Origin: Candidatus Omnitrophota bacterium
GTDB lineage: Bacteria; Omnitrophota; Gorgyraeia; Zapsychrales; Fredricksoniimonadaceae
Direction of reading: 5' to 3'
Assembly (NCBI GenBank): GCA_015232565.1
Contig: JADFZK010000006.1
Span: forward strand, 796-64,795
Length of the DNA stretch: 64,000 nt
Positions 1 to 9,135 of the stretch are shown here, in pieces. The notes beneath the pieces were generated by a model that saw only the letters and a list, made by a program, of their open reading frames with translations, had not been told where the DNA came from and ran no database searches. A program made the translations under genes and the position numbers. Each line of letters opens with the position of its first letter. The stretch's first letter is position 1.

Positions 1-1
1 G

Positions 2-448
2 GAAGAAAGTGTTTATGAAGATGGAAGAACTGGTCGTTGGAGCGGAGACGAAGGTCGCGCGAACTTTTCAACTATTAAGAATGACCCTAATATAAGGCTA
101 GTTCGCAACCCTTCATTCGCTAATTTGGAAAATGCATTAAAGGCAGGGTATACTGATGTTATTCTTTCGACCCATGGAACAACTGATGGCTTGTTGTTTT
201 CTGATGGTTGGCATAATCTCAGTGAACTAGGAGGAAGTTCGTCATCAATTAATGCGAAGAATCTAGTGGTAGGATCATGTTGGCCTCAGCATCAAGAGAT
301 TTCGTGGAATAGTTTGGGGGCAACAAATACAAATTATATAAACATAGGGGCGCAAGCATATGGTCCTCACTATTCAAGGGCACCTATTGAATCAGTTAAT
401 GGCGGTAAGATAGATAGTCAAATTTACACATATATTTATGGGAAATAA
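2..448 (+). CDS. 5'-truncated ORF continuing off the window edge, with a caspase/CHAT-like His-Gly...Cys dyad (STHGTTDG ... NLVVGSCWP); low GC
   Basis: The reading frame is open from position 2, upstream of the first ATG at 125. The motifs match the clan CD peptidase (CHAT/caspase) catalytic dyad spacing. The AT-rich composition differs from the rest of the window. Confidence 0.35.
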   Translation, partial: EESVYEDGRTGRWSGDEGRANFSTIKNDPNIRLVRNPSFANLENALKAGYTDVILSTHGTTDGLLFSDGWHNLSELGGSSSSINAKNLVVGSCWPQHQEISWNSLGATNTNYINIGAQAYGPHYSRAPIESVNGGKIDSQIYTYIYGK

Positions 449-451
449 CTT

Positions 452-988
452 ATGAAACTTATTTCTTTAATATTATTTATGTGTGTAGGGCTAACTATTA
501 GTTCTTATGCAGATGAAAAAAAGGATGAAAGCATGTTTTACGAAAAGTTAAAAAATATTTCAAGGCCCATTGTTGTAGAACAAATGGGGCAGTACAGAGA
601 TGGTGGGACTTTGTATGTTGTTTTAACAGGGCCTGGAGGTGAAAAATTATCCTTTTGTTTAAACAGGGATAAAACATTTCCTTTCGGTCGCCTATTTGTT
701 AATGCAATATCAGCAAGTTCTGCAGACGCGCAAATTGTGCCAAGGGGTAGTCTTCTTGAGAAGCTAACTATTGAAGTCTTCAAAGAATGGTTGAATCAAA
801 ATATTATCGAAGCTGTTTATAAGAAACAATGGGAAGATAGGCAGAAAATGTTAGGGATATTATATTGTCCTGATAATCCTTTGGCGACACATAAGTATTA
901 TGTTTCTAAAATAATTGAGAGTTTGCAAACTTCTGCTCCCGAGAGAGTGGAAATAAAAGGCGCAGTGCGTTATAGAGAATCAAAATAA
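452..988 (+). CDS. hypothetical secreted protein with an N-terminal signal peptide (MKLISLILFMCVGLTISSYA); low GC
   Basis: 178 aa ORF starting 4 nt after the previous stop. It has a hydrophobic signal-like N-terminus and lies in the AT-rich island. Confidence 0.45.
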   Translation: MKLISLILFMCVGLTISSYADEKKDESMFYEKLKNISRPIVVEQMGQYRDGGTLYVVLTGPGGEKLSFCLNRDKTFPFGRLFVNAISASSADAQIVPRGSLLEKLTIEVFKEWLNQNIIEAVYKKQWEDRQKMLGILYCPDNPLATHKYYVSKIIESLQTSAPERVEIKGAVRYRESK

Positions 989-1086
989 AGGAATACTCGG
1001 TTTTGGTATTTCAGGATTAGAACGTGGCTAGATTGCCAATTATTTGAGACTATTTTGTAATACATCCTGGAAATTGGATATTATTC

Positions 1087-1788
1087 ATGATAATACCTGA
1101 ACATATAGCGATCATTATGGATGGTAACGGGCGTTGGGCCAAGGCCCGGGGGCTGGCACGCACGCAGGGCCATGTTGAGGGGGTTAAGCGGGTCGATGAG
1201 ATCACCGATGCCGCGGCCAAGCTGGGTGTTAAGGTGCTTACGCTCTACACGTTCTCTACCGAGAACTGGACCCGTCCGGCCAGCGAAGTTTCCATGCTGA
1301 TGCAAACTTTGGTTTCGGTGTTAACGCAGAAATTGCGTAAATTGCATGACAACAATGTCCGTTTCTGCGTGTCTGGCCGTCGTCAAGGCGCGCCGCAAAG
1401 CGTCCTGCGGGCTTTCGACCAGGCAGCGGAATATACCAGGAATAACACCGGGCTTACTTTAAATATCGCTTTTAATTATGGCGGGCGGCAGGAGATCCTG
1501 GATGCAGTTAAAGCTTTTGCCTCTGACGCTCTGGCCGGTAAGGTGGCAATGGACGCTCTGGACGAAAAAATGTTCTCCGGTTATTTGTATACCGCCGGAT
1601 TACCGGACCCGGATCTTTTGATCCGTACTTCCGGGGAGAAACGGATCAGCAATTTCCTGTTGTGGCAGTTATCATATGCCGAGTTTTATTTTACCGATAA
1701 ATTCTGGCCGGATTTTACGAGCGCAGAATTGGACAAGGCTATTGCAGACTTTTCCGGCCGGGTTCGCCGGTTCGGGAGTGTTAAGTGA
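1087..1788 (+). CDS. uppS: undecaprenyl diphosphate synthase (isoprenyl transferase)
   Basis: N-terminal HIAIIMDGNGRWA and the RTSGEKRISNFLLWQ motif, typical of cis-prenyltransferases. Conserved uppS-cdsA-dxr-rseP synteny. Confidence 0.9.
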   Translation: MIIPEHIAIIMDGNGRWAKARGLARTQGHVEGVKRVDEITDAAAKLGVKVLTLYTFSTENWTRPASEVSMLMQTLVSVLTQKLRKLHDNNVRFCVSGRRQGAPQSVLRAFDQAAEYTRNNTGLTLNIAFNYGGRQEILDAVKAFASDALAGKVAMDALDEKMFSGYLYTAGLPDPDLLIRTSGEKRISNFLLWQLSYAEFYFTDKFWPDFTSAELDKAIADFSGRVRRFGSVK

Positions 1789-1807
1789 TGGCGGCAAGGA
1801 GGCGGGA

Positions 1808-2629
1808 ATGAATCCGATGCGTTTTGTCAGTGGTGCTTTGGCGGTAATTGTAACGTTCTTTGCGGTATTAAATCAGTGGTGCTTCATAGCTACGGTTTGC
1901 GGCATTACGATCGGCGGGCTTTACGAATTTTTCTACATGATAAAAAAGAAGGATATCCCGATCTACAGTTACACCGGGATACTTATTGGTTTATTGATCC
2001 CGTTGTCGATCTTTTTTCGTTTTGAGCTTACGCGCAACTGGGAATTGCTTTTTATCGTTTGTGCTTTCCTTCTTATCCTTATGCTGCAGTTCCATCGGGG
2101 GGATAATCGTAATGCGATCCTGGGACTTTCTACTACTCTTTTTGGGGTCCTTTATGTTTCCTGGTTCTTCAGTTTTTTGGTCAAAACCCGACTGTTACTG
2201 CCGGGCATCCATGGGGCCATGCTGGTGGGTTTTATTATATTGGTAACCAAATCCGGTGATATCGGGGCGCTTTTTATCGGCACCTGGCTGGGCCGGCATC
2301 CATTACTGCCCAAGGTCAGCCCGAACAAAACTATCGAAGGTACATTGGGCGGGATCATGGTCAGCGCTTTGGTAGCGGTGTTGTGCCGCTCCTGGCTGCC
2401 GGCTTTGCCGCAGTTTACACCGTTCTTTGTGGCTTTGATGGGCGCCTTCTTCGGGGGGCTGGGACAGCTGGGGGATCTGTCGGAATCTCTGATCAAGCGG
2501 GATTGCAATGTAAAGGATTCGGGGAGTATTCTGCCAGGGCTTGGAGGTATTTTAGATGTAGTCGACAGTTTGCTTTTCTCGGCGCCGGCTTTCTATTTGT
2601 ATATGAGCTCGGCATTAGCACATAGCTAA
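1808..2629 (+). CDS. cdsA: phosphatidate cytidylyltransferase
   Basis: The track ORF begins at 1676, overlapping uppS. An internal ATG at 1808 is preceded by GGCAAGGAGG (RBS). Polytopic membrane protein with the C-terminal CdsA signature KRDxxVKDSGxxLPGHGGxLDxxDS. Confidence 0.85.
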   Translation: MNPMRFVSGALAVIVTFFAVLNQWCFIATVCGITIGGLYEFFYMIKKKDIPIYSYTGILIGLLIPLSIFFRFELTRNWELLFIVCAFLLILMLQFHRGDNRNAILGLSTTLFGVLYVSWFFSFLVKTRLLLPGIHGAMLVGFIILVTKSGDIGALFIGTWLGRHPLLPKVSPNKTIEGTLGGIMVSALVAVLCRSWLPALPQFTPFFVALMGAFFGGLGQLGDLSESLIKRDCNVKDSGSILPGLGGILDVVDSLLFSAPAFYLYMSSALAHS

Positions 2630-2654
2630 ATCTTCGTTCATGAACTGGTAATAT

Positions 2655-3812
2655 ATGATACGCAAACGCATCGCCTTGCTGGGTTCCACCGGATCGATCG
2701 GGATCAATACGCTGGAAGTGATCAGTCGTTACCCGGAACGTTTTGAAGTGGTATTGCTTTCAGCGTTCAATAATGTGGAGCTTTTAAAACAGCAGATCCG
2801 TCAATTCTCTCCGGCGAAGGTGGCCCTGGCGGCTGAGCATATTCCGGCCCTGAAAAGTGTTTTTGGCAGTAAGACGGCTTTTTTTGCTGTGGAGAAAGAC
2901 ATTTCTTTCCTTGTCGCAGAGAAGCTGGTGGATATAGTTGTTATTGCGATGAGCGGATCCGCGGCGTTGGAGCCTTTCCTGAGCGCGGTGCGTGCTGGCA
3001 AGGTGGTGGCTCCTGCTAATAAAGAAGCGCTGGTCATTGCGGGGGACATTTTGATGAATGCGGCGCGCCAGTCCGGCGCCAGGGTCATTCCGGTCGATAG
3101 CGAGCAGAGCGCGATCTTTCAATGTATCGAGGGACACCGCCGGGTTGATTTGCGTTGTGTGCATTTGACAGCGTCCGGGGGAGCCTTGTTGCGGGTGCCG
3201 GTTTCCCGGCATCGGAAATTGAGTGTTAAACAGGTTTTAAAACATCCGCGCTGGAAGATGGGCGCCAAGATCACGGTGGATTCGGCGACTTTGCTCAATA
3301 AGGGTTTTGAGGTCATTGAAGCCCAGCGTTTATTCGCGCTGGATATTGACCAGATCAAGGTGGTGATCCATCCGCAGGCCCTGGTACATTCCCTGGTGGA
3401 ATATATCGACGGATCAATGATCGCCCAGCTGGGTGTGCCTGATATGCGGATCCCGATCCAGTATGCGCTCACGTATCCGGAGCGGCTGGATAGCGGGTTC
3501 CCTGGCCTGGATCTGGCGCGGTTAAAGACTTTGTCTTTCGAGCCTCCGGACATGGCAAAGTTCCCGGCTTTGGCCCTGGCTTTCACGGTGGCGCGTTTGG
3601 GCGGCACCTACCCGGCGGTACTTAATGCGGCGGATGAGGTGGCGGTAGAAGCTTTTCTGGCCGGGAGGCTCTCATTTACCGGTATTTATGAGGTTGTGGA
3701 ACGCACCGTCCGGGCACATCGTTTGGCGGGATCTTTATCATTAAAAAGCATCAAAGAGGCTGATGCCTGGGCCCGTGCGGCCGCGCTAGGGTTCTTAAGA
3801 AAGGTAAAATGA
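2655..3812 (+). CDS. dxr: 1-deoxy-D-xylulose 5-phosphate reductoisomerase
   Basis: LLGSTGSIGINTLEVI NADPH-binding N-terminus; 385 aa; synteny. Confidence 0.92.
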   Translation: MIRKRIALLGSTGSIGINTLEVISRYPERFEVVLLSAFNNVELLKQQIRQFSPAKVALAAEHIPALKSVFGSKTAFFAVEKDISFLVAEKLVDIVVIAMSGSAALEPFLSAVRAGKVVAPANKEALVIAGDILMNAARQSGARVIPVDSEQSAIFQCIEGHRRVDLRCVHLTASGGALLRVPVSRHRKLSVKQVLKHPRWKMGAKITVDSATLLNKGFEVIEAQRLFALDIDQIKVVIHPQALVHSLVEYIDGSMIAQLGVPDMRIPIQYALTYPERLDSGFPGLDLARLKTLSFEPPDMAKFPALALAFTVARLGGTYPAVLNAADEVAVEAFLAGRLSFTGIYEVVERTVRAHRLAGSLSLKSIKEADAWARAAALGFLRKVK

Positions 3813-4921
3813 CCATTATTCTGTTTATATTGATCCTGAGTGTGCTTATCGTCGTGCATGAGGCCGGGCATTTTTTTGCTGCCCGCCGGATGGGGGTAAA
3901 AGTTGAGCAGTTTGCACTGGGTTTCGGTCCCAAGCTTTTTTCCTGGGTCTCCGGTGGTACGGAGTATAGCATTTGCGCCATACCTCTTGGCGGCTTTGTC
4001 AAGATGTGCGGTGACGAGCGTTCGCAGTGTAAAGGTAACGGTGATGAATATTTCGCGAAATCCCCTGGTCAGCGTGCCTTGATCGTACTGATGGGGCCGG
4101 TGGTTAATTACGCTTTGGCTTATCTTTGTTTTGTCGGGGTCTTCATGATCGGGAACATCGACCTGGAGGCGACCCAGAAGAATGTGCCGGCAGTGGTGGG
4201 CAAAGTCCTGGCGGGTTCTCCGGCCCAGAAAGCCGGTTTATTGCCTGGCGACCGCGTGGAAGGCGCGGACGGTAAAGTGTTCACGAATTTTTCCGAGATG
4301 CAGGAGTATATTTCCGCGGCCGGGGCTAAACCAGTGCAGGTGTCTTTTTCACGCGGAGGGCAGGCCCAGTCTTTGGTCTTAACTCCTGAACTGCACAAGA
4401 CCAAGGATCTTTTTGGCCGGGAACATCAGGTTAGCCGGATCGGGATCCAGGCTCCGGAGCCTTCCTCGGTGGATAAGCTGGTGGTCAGGAAATACGGTCT
4501 TATCGGTTCGTGGGGCAAGGGCGCCCAGGAGTTGTGGTCGGTGACCGCACGCACTTATGGCGCTTTGTGGGATATGGTTACCGGCCAGCGTTCGGCCAAG
4601 GAAGGGATGACCGGACTGATCGGCATATTCTTCATCATAAAATTTGCGGCCAGTATCGGCGTGTCGTTCCTGTTGCATGTGGTCGGTGTTATCAGCGCCA
4701 GCCTGGCCATATTCAACCTTTTGCCGGTTATCCCGCTGGACGGCGGGCATCTGGCTTTTATTGGCCTGGAAAAATTGCGCGGCCGGGTTTTGTCGGTCAA
4801 AGCCGAGGATATTATTGCCCGGGCGGGTTTTGGGCTGATCATCGCGTTGGCCGTTTTTGTATTCTATCTTGATTTCGAACGGATCGGATTGATCGATAAA
4901 GTTATCAAGCTGTTCCATTAA
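3809..4921 (+). CDS. rseP: RIP metalloprotease (site-2 protease, M50) with PDZ domain
   Basis: HEAGHFFAARRMG (HExxH) in TM1, an internal PDZ-like segment and a C-terminal LLPVIPLDGGH motif. 4-nt overlap with dxr. Confidence 0.9.
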   Translation: MTIILFILILSVLIVVHEAGHFFAARRMGVKVEQFALGFGPKLFSWVSGGTEYSICAIPLGGFVKMCGDERSQCKGNGDEYFAKSPGQRALIVLMGPVVNYALAYLCFVGVFMIGNIDLEATQKNVPAVVGKVLAGSPAQKAGLLPGDRVEGADGKVFTNFSEMQEYISAAGAKPVQVSFSRGGQAQSLVLTPELHKTKDLFGREHQVSRIGIQAPEPSSVDKLVVRKYGLIGSWGKGAQELWSVTARTYGALWDMVTGQRSAKEGMTGLIGIFFIIKFAASIGVSFLLHVVGVISASLAIFNLLPVIPLDGGHLAFIGLEKLRGRVLSVKAEDIIARAGFGLIIALAVFVFYLDFERIGLIDKVIKLFH

Positions 4922-4939
4922 CGCAGGGTCCGGCTTGCC

Positions 4940-6247
4940 GTGCCGGCCAGGGAACCCGAGGAGACGAAAGTGCCAGTACAAACTGAATACGACGATACTA
5001 AAGCCAAACTTCATCGGTATCTGATATCCAAGACTGATTTTATCAAGGTCAAAGATACCCTGAACGATGACCAGATGCGTTTGTATGTGGATGCTGCTAT
5101 TACGGCCTTGTCTCGTGAGAATGATATTATGATCACGCTGGAGGATCGTTTAAAACTGATCCGTGAGATCGCCAGTTCGGTTATGAGCCTGGGTCCCATT
5201 CGGCCTTTGCTGGAAGATAAGGAAGTGACCGAGGTCATGATAAACGGCTATCGGCAGGTTTACGCCCAGAGGTCGGGAAAGATGTTTTTGACCGGGATCA
5301 CTTTCGATGATAATGCGCATCTTATGCATACTATTCAGAAACTTATGGCGGCTTCGGGCACTTCGCGCCGGGTAGATGAGTCGTCTCCTTATGTTGATTT
5401 TTCGCTGAATGATGGCTCACGGGTTAACGTGCTTCTGCCGCCCTGTTCCATGGTGGGACCGGTGGTGACGGTAAGAAAGTTCTCCCGGGATATCTCCACC
5501 GTTGACAATCTGGTTGATCTGGGTACTTTGAGCCGGGCGATGGCTACGTTTTTGATAGCCGCGGTCAAAGCCAAGCTTAATATTGTTTTTTGCGGGGCGA
5601 CCGGTTCCGGAAAGACTACGGTGCTCAATGTGCTCTCCCGGCATATATCCGAGGACGAACGGATCATCACTATTGAAGATACTTCCGAATTGCGCCTTCT
5701 GCAACAGCATGTGGTGGGGTTACAGTCTAAATCAGTGAATATTGAAGGCAAGGGCGCGGTTTCGATCCGCGACCTGTTCATTAATTCCCTGCGTATGCGC
5801 CCGGACCGGATAATTATCGGCGAGGTGCGCGGCGAGGAGATCCTGGATATGATCCAGTCGATCAGTTCCGGCCATTCCGGCACTATGGCTATCGTGCATG
5901 CCGATTCACCCGAGGAATGTTTTAACCGGATGATCACTATGATGCTGATGTCGGGCATTCGTTTAAGCGGCGAGCAGGTGCGCCGCCAGATCGCGACCTC
6001 TATTGAACTTATTGTGTACACCGAGCTTTTTATGGACGGGGTACGCCGGATCGTAAATATTACGGACCTGCGTTTTGACAAGGAAACCGACCGGGTTTCC
6101 CTGGAGGATATTTTCAAGTTTAAACAGGAACATATCGACCCGAATGGCAAGGTGCAGGGGCATTGGGTAATGAACAAGAAATTGCCTTCTTTTGCCGACA
6201 AGTTCGCCAAACGCAATGTGCGTTTGCCGCAAGAGTTTATGCAATAA
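4940..6247 (+). CDS. CpaF/TadA-family secretion ATPase (VirB11-like), orphan
   Basis: Walker A VFCGATGSGKTTVLNVL, ERIITIEDTSEL and RMRPDRIIIGEVRGEE motifs characteristic of TadA/CpaF. No other tad genes are adjacent. Confidence 0.8.
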   Translation: MPAREPEETKVPVQTEYDDTKAKLHRYLISKTDFIKVKDTLNDDQMRLYVDAAITALSRENDIMITLEDRLKLIREIASSVMSLGPIRPLLEDKEVTEVMINGYRQVYAQRSGKMFLTGITFDDNAHLMHTIQKLMAASGTSRRVDESSPYVDFSLNDGSRVNVLLPPCSMVGPVVTVRKFSRDISTVDNLVDLGTLSRAMATFLIAAVKAKLNIVFCGATGSGKTTVLNVLSRHISEDERIITIEDTSELRLLQQHVVGLQSKSVNIEGKGAVSIRDLFINSLRMRPDRIIIGEVRGEEILDMIQSISSGHSGTMAIVHADSPEECFNRMITMMLMSGIRLSGEQVRRQIATSIELIVYTELFMDGVRRIVNITDLRFDKETDRVSLEDIFKFKQEHIDPNGKVQGHWVMNKKLPSFADKFAKRNVRLPQEFMQ

Positions 6248-6304
6248 ATTAATATTCGTCATAATCTAACGGGTTTATAAACCCGTATAAACAAGGAGCA
6301 GTTT

Positions 6305-7489
6305 ATGTTGTGGAGCAAATATTTTATACCGACCTTAAAGGAAACTCCGGTGGGGACCGAGGCGGTAAGCCATCAATTGCTTTTGCGTTCCGGCCTGGTG
6401 CACATGTTGACGTCTGGGGTGTATTCCTATCTGCCGCTGGGCTGGAAAGTCCTGCAAAAGATCGAGAACATTATTCGCGCTGCCATGAACTCCGCCGGAG
6501 CCCATGAATTATTGATGCCGGCTATTTTGCCCATGGACCTTTGGCAGAAGACCGGGCGCGACAAGACTCTGGAAGAGGTGATGATCCGTTTTAAGAATAA
6601 AAAAGGGCAGTCCATGTGCCTGGGGCCCACGCATGAAGAGATCATCACTGACCTGGTGCGTTCTTTTGTGCAATCCTATCGGCAGTTGCCAGTCACGCTT
6701 TACCAGATCCAGACCAAGTTCCGGGATGAAACCCGCCCGCGGTTCGGTATAGTCCGCGCTTGTGAGTTTATAATGAAGGATGCCTATAGTTTTGATTCCA
6801 GCCTGGAAGGGCTTAAAAAGAACTATGATGCAATGTATGCCGCCTATTGCCAGGTCTTCGCGCTTTGTGGACTGAAAGTGATCATTGCCGAGGCGGATTC
6901 CGGTGCGATGGGTGGCCGGTTATCCCACGAATTCCTGGTTCCGGCGGCCATTGGCGAGGATAAGGCCAGGGATGAAGAAGGTAAAGAATGCCAGTGTATC
7001 GAGGTTGGGCATATCTTCCAACTGGGCACCAAATATACCGAAGCGCTGGGGGCGCTTTTTCTGGATGACAAAGGCAAGCAGCAACCGATCATTATGGGTT
7101 GCTATGGTATCGGGGTCAGCCGGTTGATCGCGGCAATTATTGAGACCCATCATGATGAGAAAGGTATTATATGGCCTTTGGCCGTGGCGCCTTTCGCGGT
7201 GGAGATATTGCCGTTGCAGATCAATGATCCCGAGGTCATGGGATTGGCCCGCTTATATTATGATGAGTTGACAAAACGTCATATTGATGTTTTAATGGAC
7301 GACCGTGATGAAAGCGCCGGGCGCAAGTTTAACGACGCTGACCTCATTGGTATTCCTTTCCGTATCATTATCGGCAAGCGCGGTCTCACGGAAGGAAACG
7401 TCGAGATCAAGCACCGCGCGTCCCACGCCGTCGAGGTTGTTCCCAGGGATAATGCGGTTGAAAGGCTGGCGGCGCTGATCAAGGGATAA
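6305..7489 (+). CDS. proS: prolyl-tRNA synthetase, minimal form lacking the INS editing insertion
   Basis: Classic ProRS N-terminus (TLKETPVGTEAVSHQLLLRSGLV); class II motifs 2 and 3 only ~110 aa apart; 394 aa. RBS AAGGAG upstream. Confidence 0.85.
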   Translation: MLWSKYFIPTLKETPVGTEAVSHQLLLRSGLVHMLTSGVYSYLPLGWKVLQKIENIIRAAMNSAGAHELLMPAILPMDLWQKTGRDKTLEEVMIRFKNKKGQSMCLGPTHEEIITDLVRSFVQSYRQLPVTLYQIQTKFRDETRPRFGIVRACEFIMKDAYSFDSSLEGLKKNYDAMYAAYCQVFALCGLKVIIAEADSGAMGGRLSHEFLVPAAIGEDKARDEEGKECQCIEVGHIFQLGTKYTEALGALFLDDKGKQQPIIMGCYGIGVSRLIAAIIETHHDEKGIIWPLAVAPFAVEILPLQINDPEVMGLARLYYDELTKRHIDVLMDDRDESAGRKFNDADLIGIPFRIIIGKRGLTEGNVEIKHRASHAVEVVPRDNAVERLAALIKG

Positions 7490-7496
7490 GGTCTTT

Positions 7497-7961
7497 ATGG
7501 AGCGGAACGCAGTATTGCAGGAAGATATTTTGAAATGTGCCCGGCCAATATGCGCCGGGCTGGGGCTGGAACTGGTTGAGCTGACGGTCAGGGCTTTTAA
7601 TGATGCGCTTAGTATAGAGCTTTTGGCCGATCTTCCGGGCGGCGGCATAAGTTTCGAGGAGTGTGCGCGGCTCAATCGCGCGCTCGATAAGGAATTGTAC
7701 GAGACATTGAAGTTGGGTGATAATTATACCCTGGAAGTTTCTTCTCCCGGCCTGGATCGGCCCTTAACCGGGATCGCCGATTTCCGCCGTAATACCGGGC
7801 GCAGGATCCGGTTGTTTTTGCGTGAGAGAGTTGCCGGCAAGATGGAAATGGATGCGGTGGTAAAAGGGGTTACGGACGCAGAGGTTTTGTTAGAGACCAA
7901 ATTTGGCGATCTGTCGATAGGTGTCGATAAGATCGAAAGGGCCAGGCAGATAGTTATTTAG
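7497..7961 (+). CDS. rimP: ribosome maturation factor RimP
   Basis: LEVSSPGLDRPL motif; located immediately upstream of nusA-infB. Confidence 0.8.
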   Translation: MERNAVLQEDILKCARPICAGLGLELVELTVRAFNDALSIELLADLPGGGISFEECARLNRALDKELYETLKLGDNYTLEVSSPGLDRPLTGIADFRRNTGRRIRLFLRERVAGKMEMDAVVKGVTDAEVLLETKFGDLSIGVDKIERARQIVI

Positions 7962-7998
7962 GTCAAATTTTTATTTAATATTTCGAAGGGGCATTGGT

Positions 7999-9066
7999 AT
8001 GGAAAGCGAATTGATTGGCATTCTGGAGCAGATCGAACGGGATAAGGGGATCGCCAAGGAGGTCCTTATCGAAGCGGTTGAGGCGGCGGTAGCTTCGGCG
8101 GCCAGGAAAGTCTGGACTGTCGGCAAGGAAGAGGAAGTGAGTGCCAAGCTCGACCTGAAGTCCGGCAAGATCATTGCTTACGCCAACGGTCAGGAGATCC
8201 GTTCCAGCGAGTTCGGACGTATCGCGGCGCAGACTGCCAAACAGGTAGTTTTTCAGAAGATCCGTGAAGCGGAAAAAGATGTGGTTTATGTGGAGTATAG
8301 TGTGCGTTTGGGGCAGATAATCAGCGGTAATGTTTACCGGTTTGACCGTGGTAATGTGATCGTGGACCTGGGCAAGACCGAAGCCGTTATACCCCGCAGT
8401 GAACTTTGTGGCAAAGAGGAGTTTAAACAGGGCGATCGTGTGCGGGCGCTGATCTTCGAAGTGCAAAAAGAATCGCGCGGGCCGCAGATCGTGTTGTCCC
8501 GGGCGCATCCGAATTTCGTAAAACGCTTGTTCGAGCTGGAAGTGCCCGAGATATACGAAGGCATTATTGAGGTCAAGGCTATCGCCCGCGATGCCGGCGA
8601 ACGCACCAAGATCTCGGTCTATTCCAAAGACGACAAGGTTGATTGCGTGGGCGCTTGCGTGGGTATGCGCGGTTCACGGGTTAAGAACATCGTGTCTGAA
8701 TTGCATGGCGAGAAGATCGATATCGTGCGTTATTCCTCGGACATCAAGGAGTACATCCAGGCTTCGCTTTCCCCGGCCGAGATCTCCCAGATGCAGTTGC
8801 TTTCCCTGGATAAAAAAGCCAATATAATTGTAGCGGATGACCAGTTGTCGATAGCTATCGGCCGTTACGGCCAGAACGTCCGGCTGGCCAGTAAACTGGT
8901 CGGCTGGGAGCTGGATATTTTCTCGGCTAAACAGTGGGAAGAGAATCTGAAAGAAGCTGCGGAAGAAACCGAGGATGTGCAGGAAGTGGTGGAGCAGGTT
9001 GAGGTGGTGGATGACGAAGCTCCGGCGGGCGACAAGGATGATACCGCTAATGGCGACGATAAATAG
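7999..9066 (+). CDS. nusA: transcription termination/antitermination factor NusA (no C-terminal AR repeats)
   Basis: N-terminal ELIGILEQIERDKGI, plus S1 and KH regions; rimP-nusA-infB order. Confidence 0.9.
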   Translation: MESELIGILEQIERDKGIAKEVLIEAVEAAVASAARKVWTVGKEEEVSAKLDLKSGKIIAYANGQEIRSSEFGRIAAQTAKQVVFQKIREAEKDVVYVEYSVRLGQIISGNVYRFDRGNVIVDLGKTEAVIPRSELCGKEEFKQGDRVRALIFEVQKESRGPQIVLSRAHPNFVKRLFELEVPEIYEGIIEVKAIARDAGERTKISVYSKDDKVDCVGACVGMRGSRVKNIVSELHGEKIDIVRYSSDIKEYIQASLSPAEISQMQLLSLDKKANIIVADDQLSIAIGRYGQNVRLASKLVGWELDIFSAKQWEENLKEAAEETEDVQEVVEQVEVVDDEAPAGDKDDTANGDDK

Positions 9067-9135
9067 GCACACTGGCAGGATGAGGCGTTCTTAAGCGTTT
9101 GATCGCGGAGCAGTGTAAAATAATAAAGGCGGGCT

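Noticed and set aside
1676-1807. Upstream extensions of several track ORFs (cdsA from 1676, ruvB from 13371, tail-collar pilin from 17899, amtB from 24934, glnK from 23777)
   Set aside because: The extensions overlap the preceding gene and lack homology. Internal ATGs preceded by RBS-like sequence give proteins that begin at the conserved N-termini.
5389-6216. 275-aa minus-strand ORF antisense to the CpaF-like ATPase gene
   Set aside because: It is fully contained in a well-supported CDS on the opposite strand. Its composition is low-complexity Ser/Arg-rich and typical of antisense GC-rich frames.
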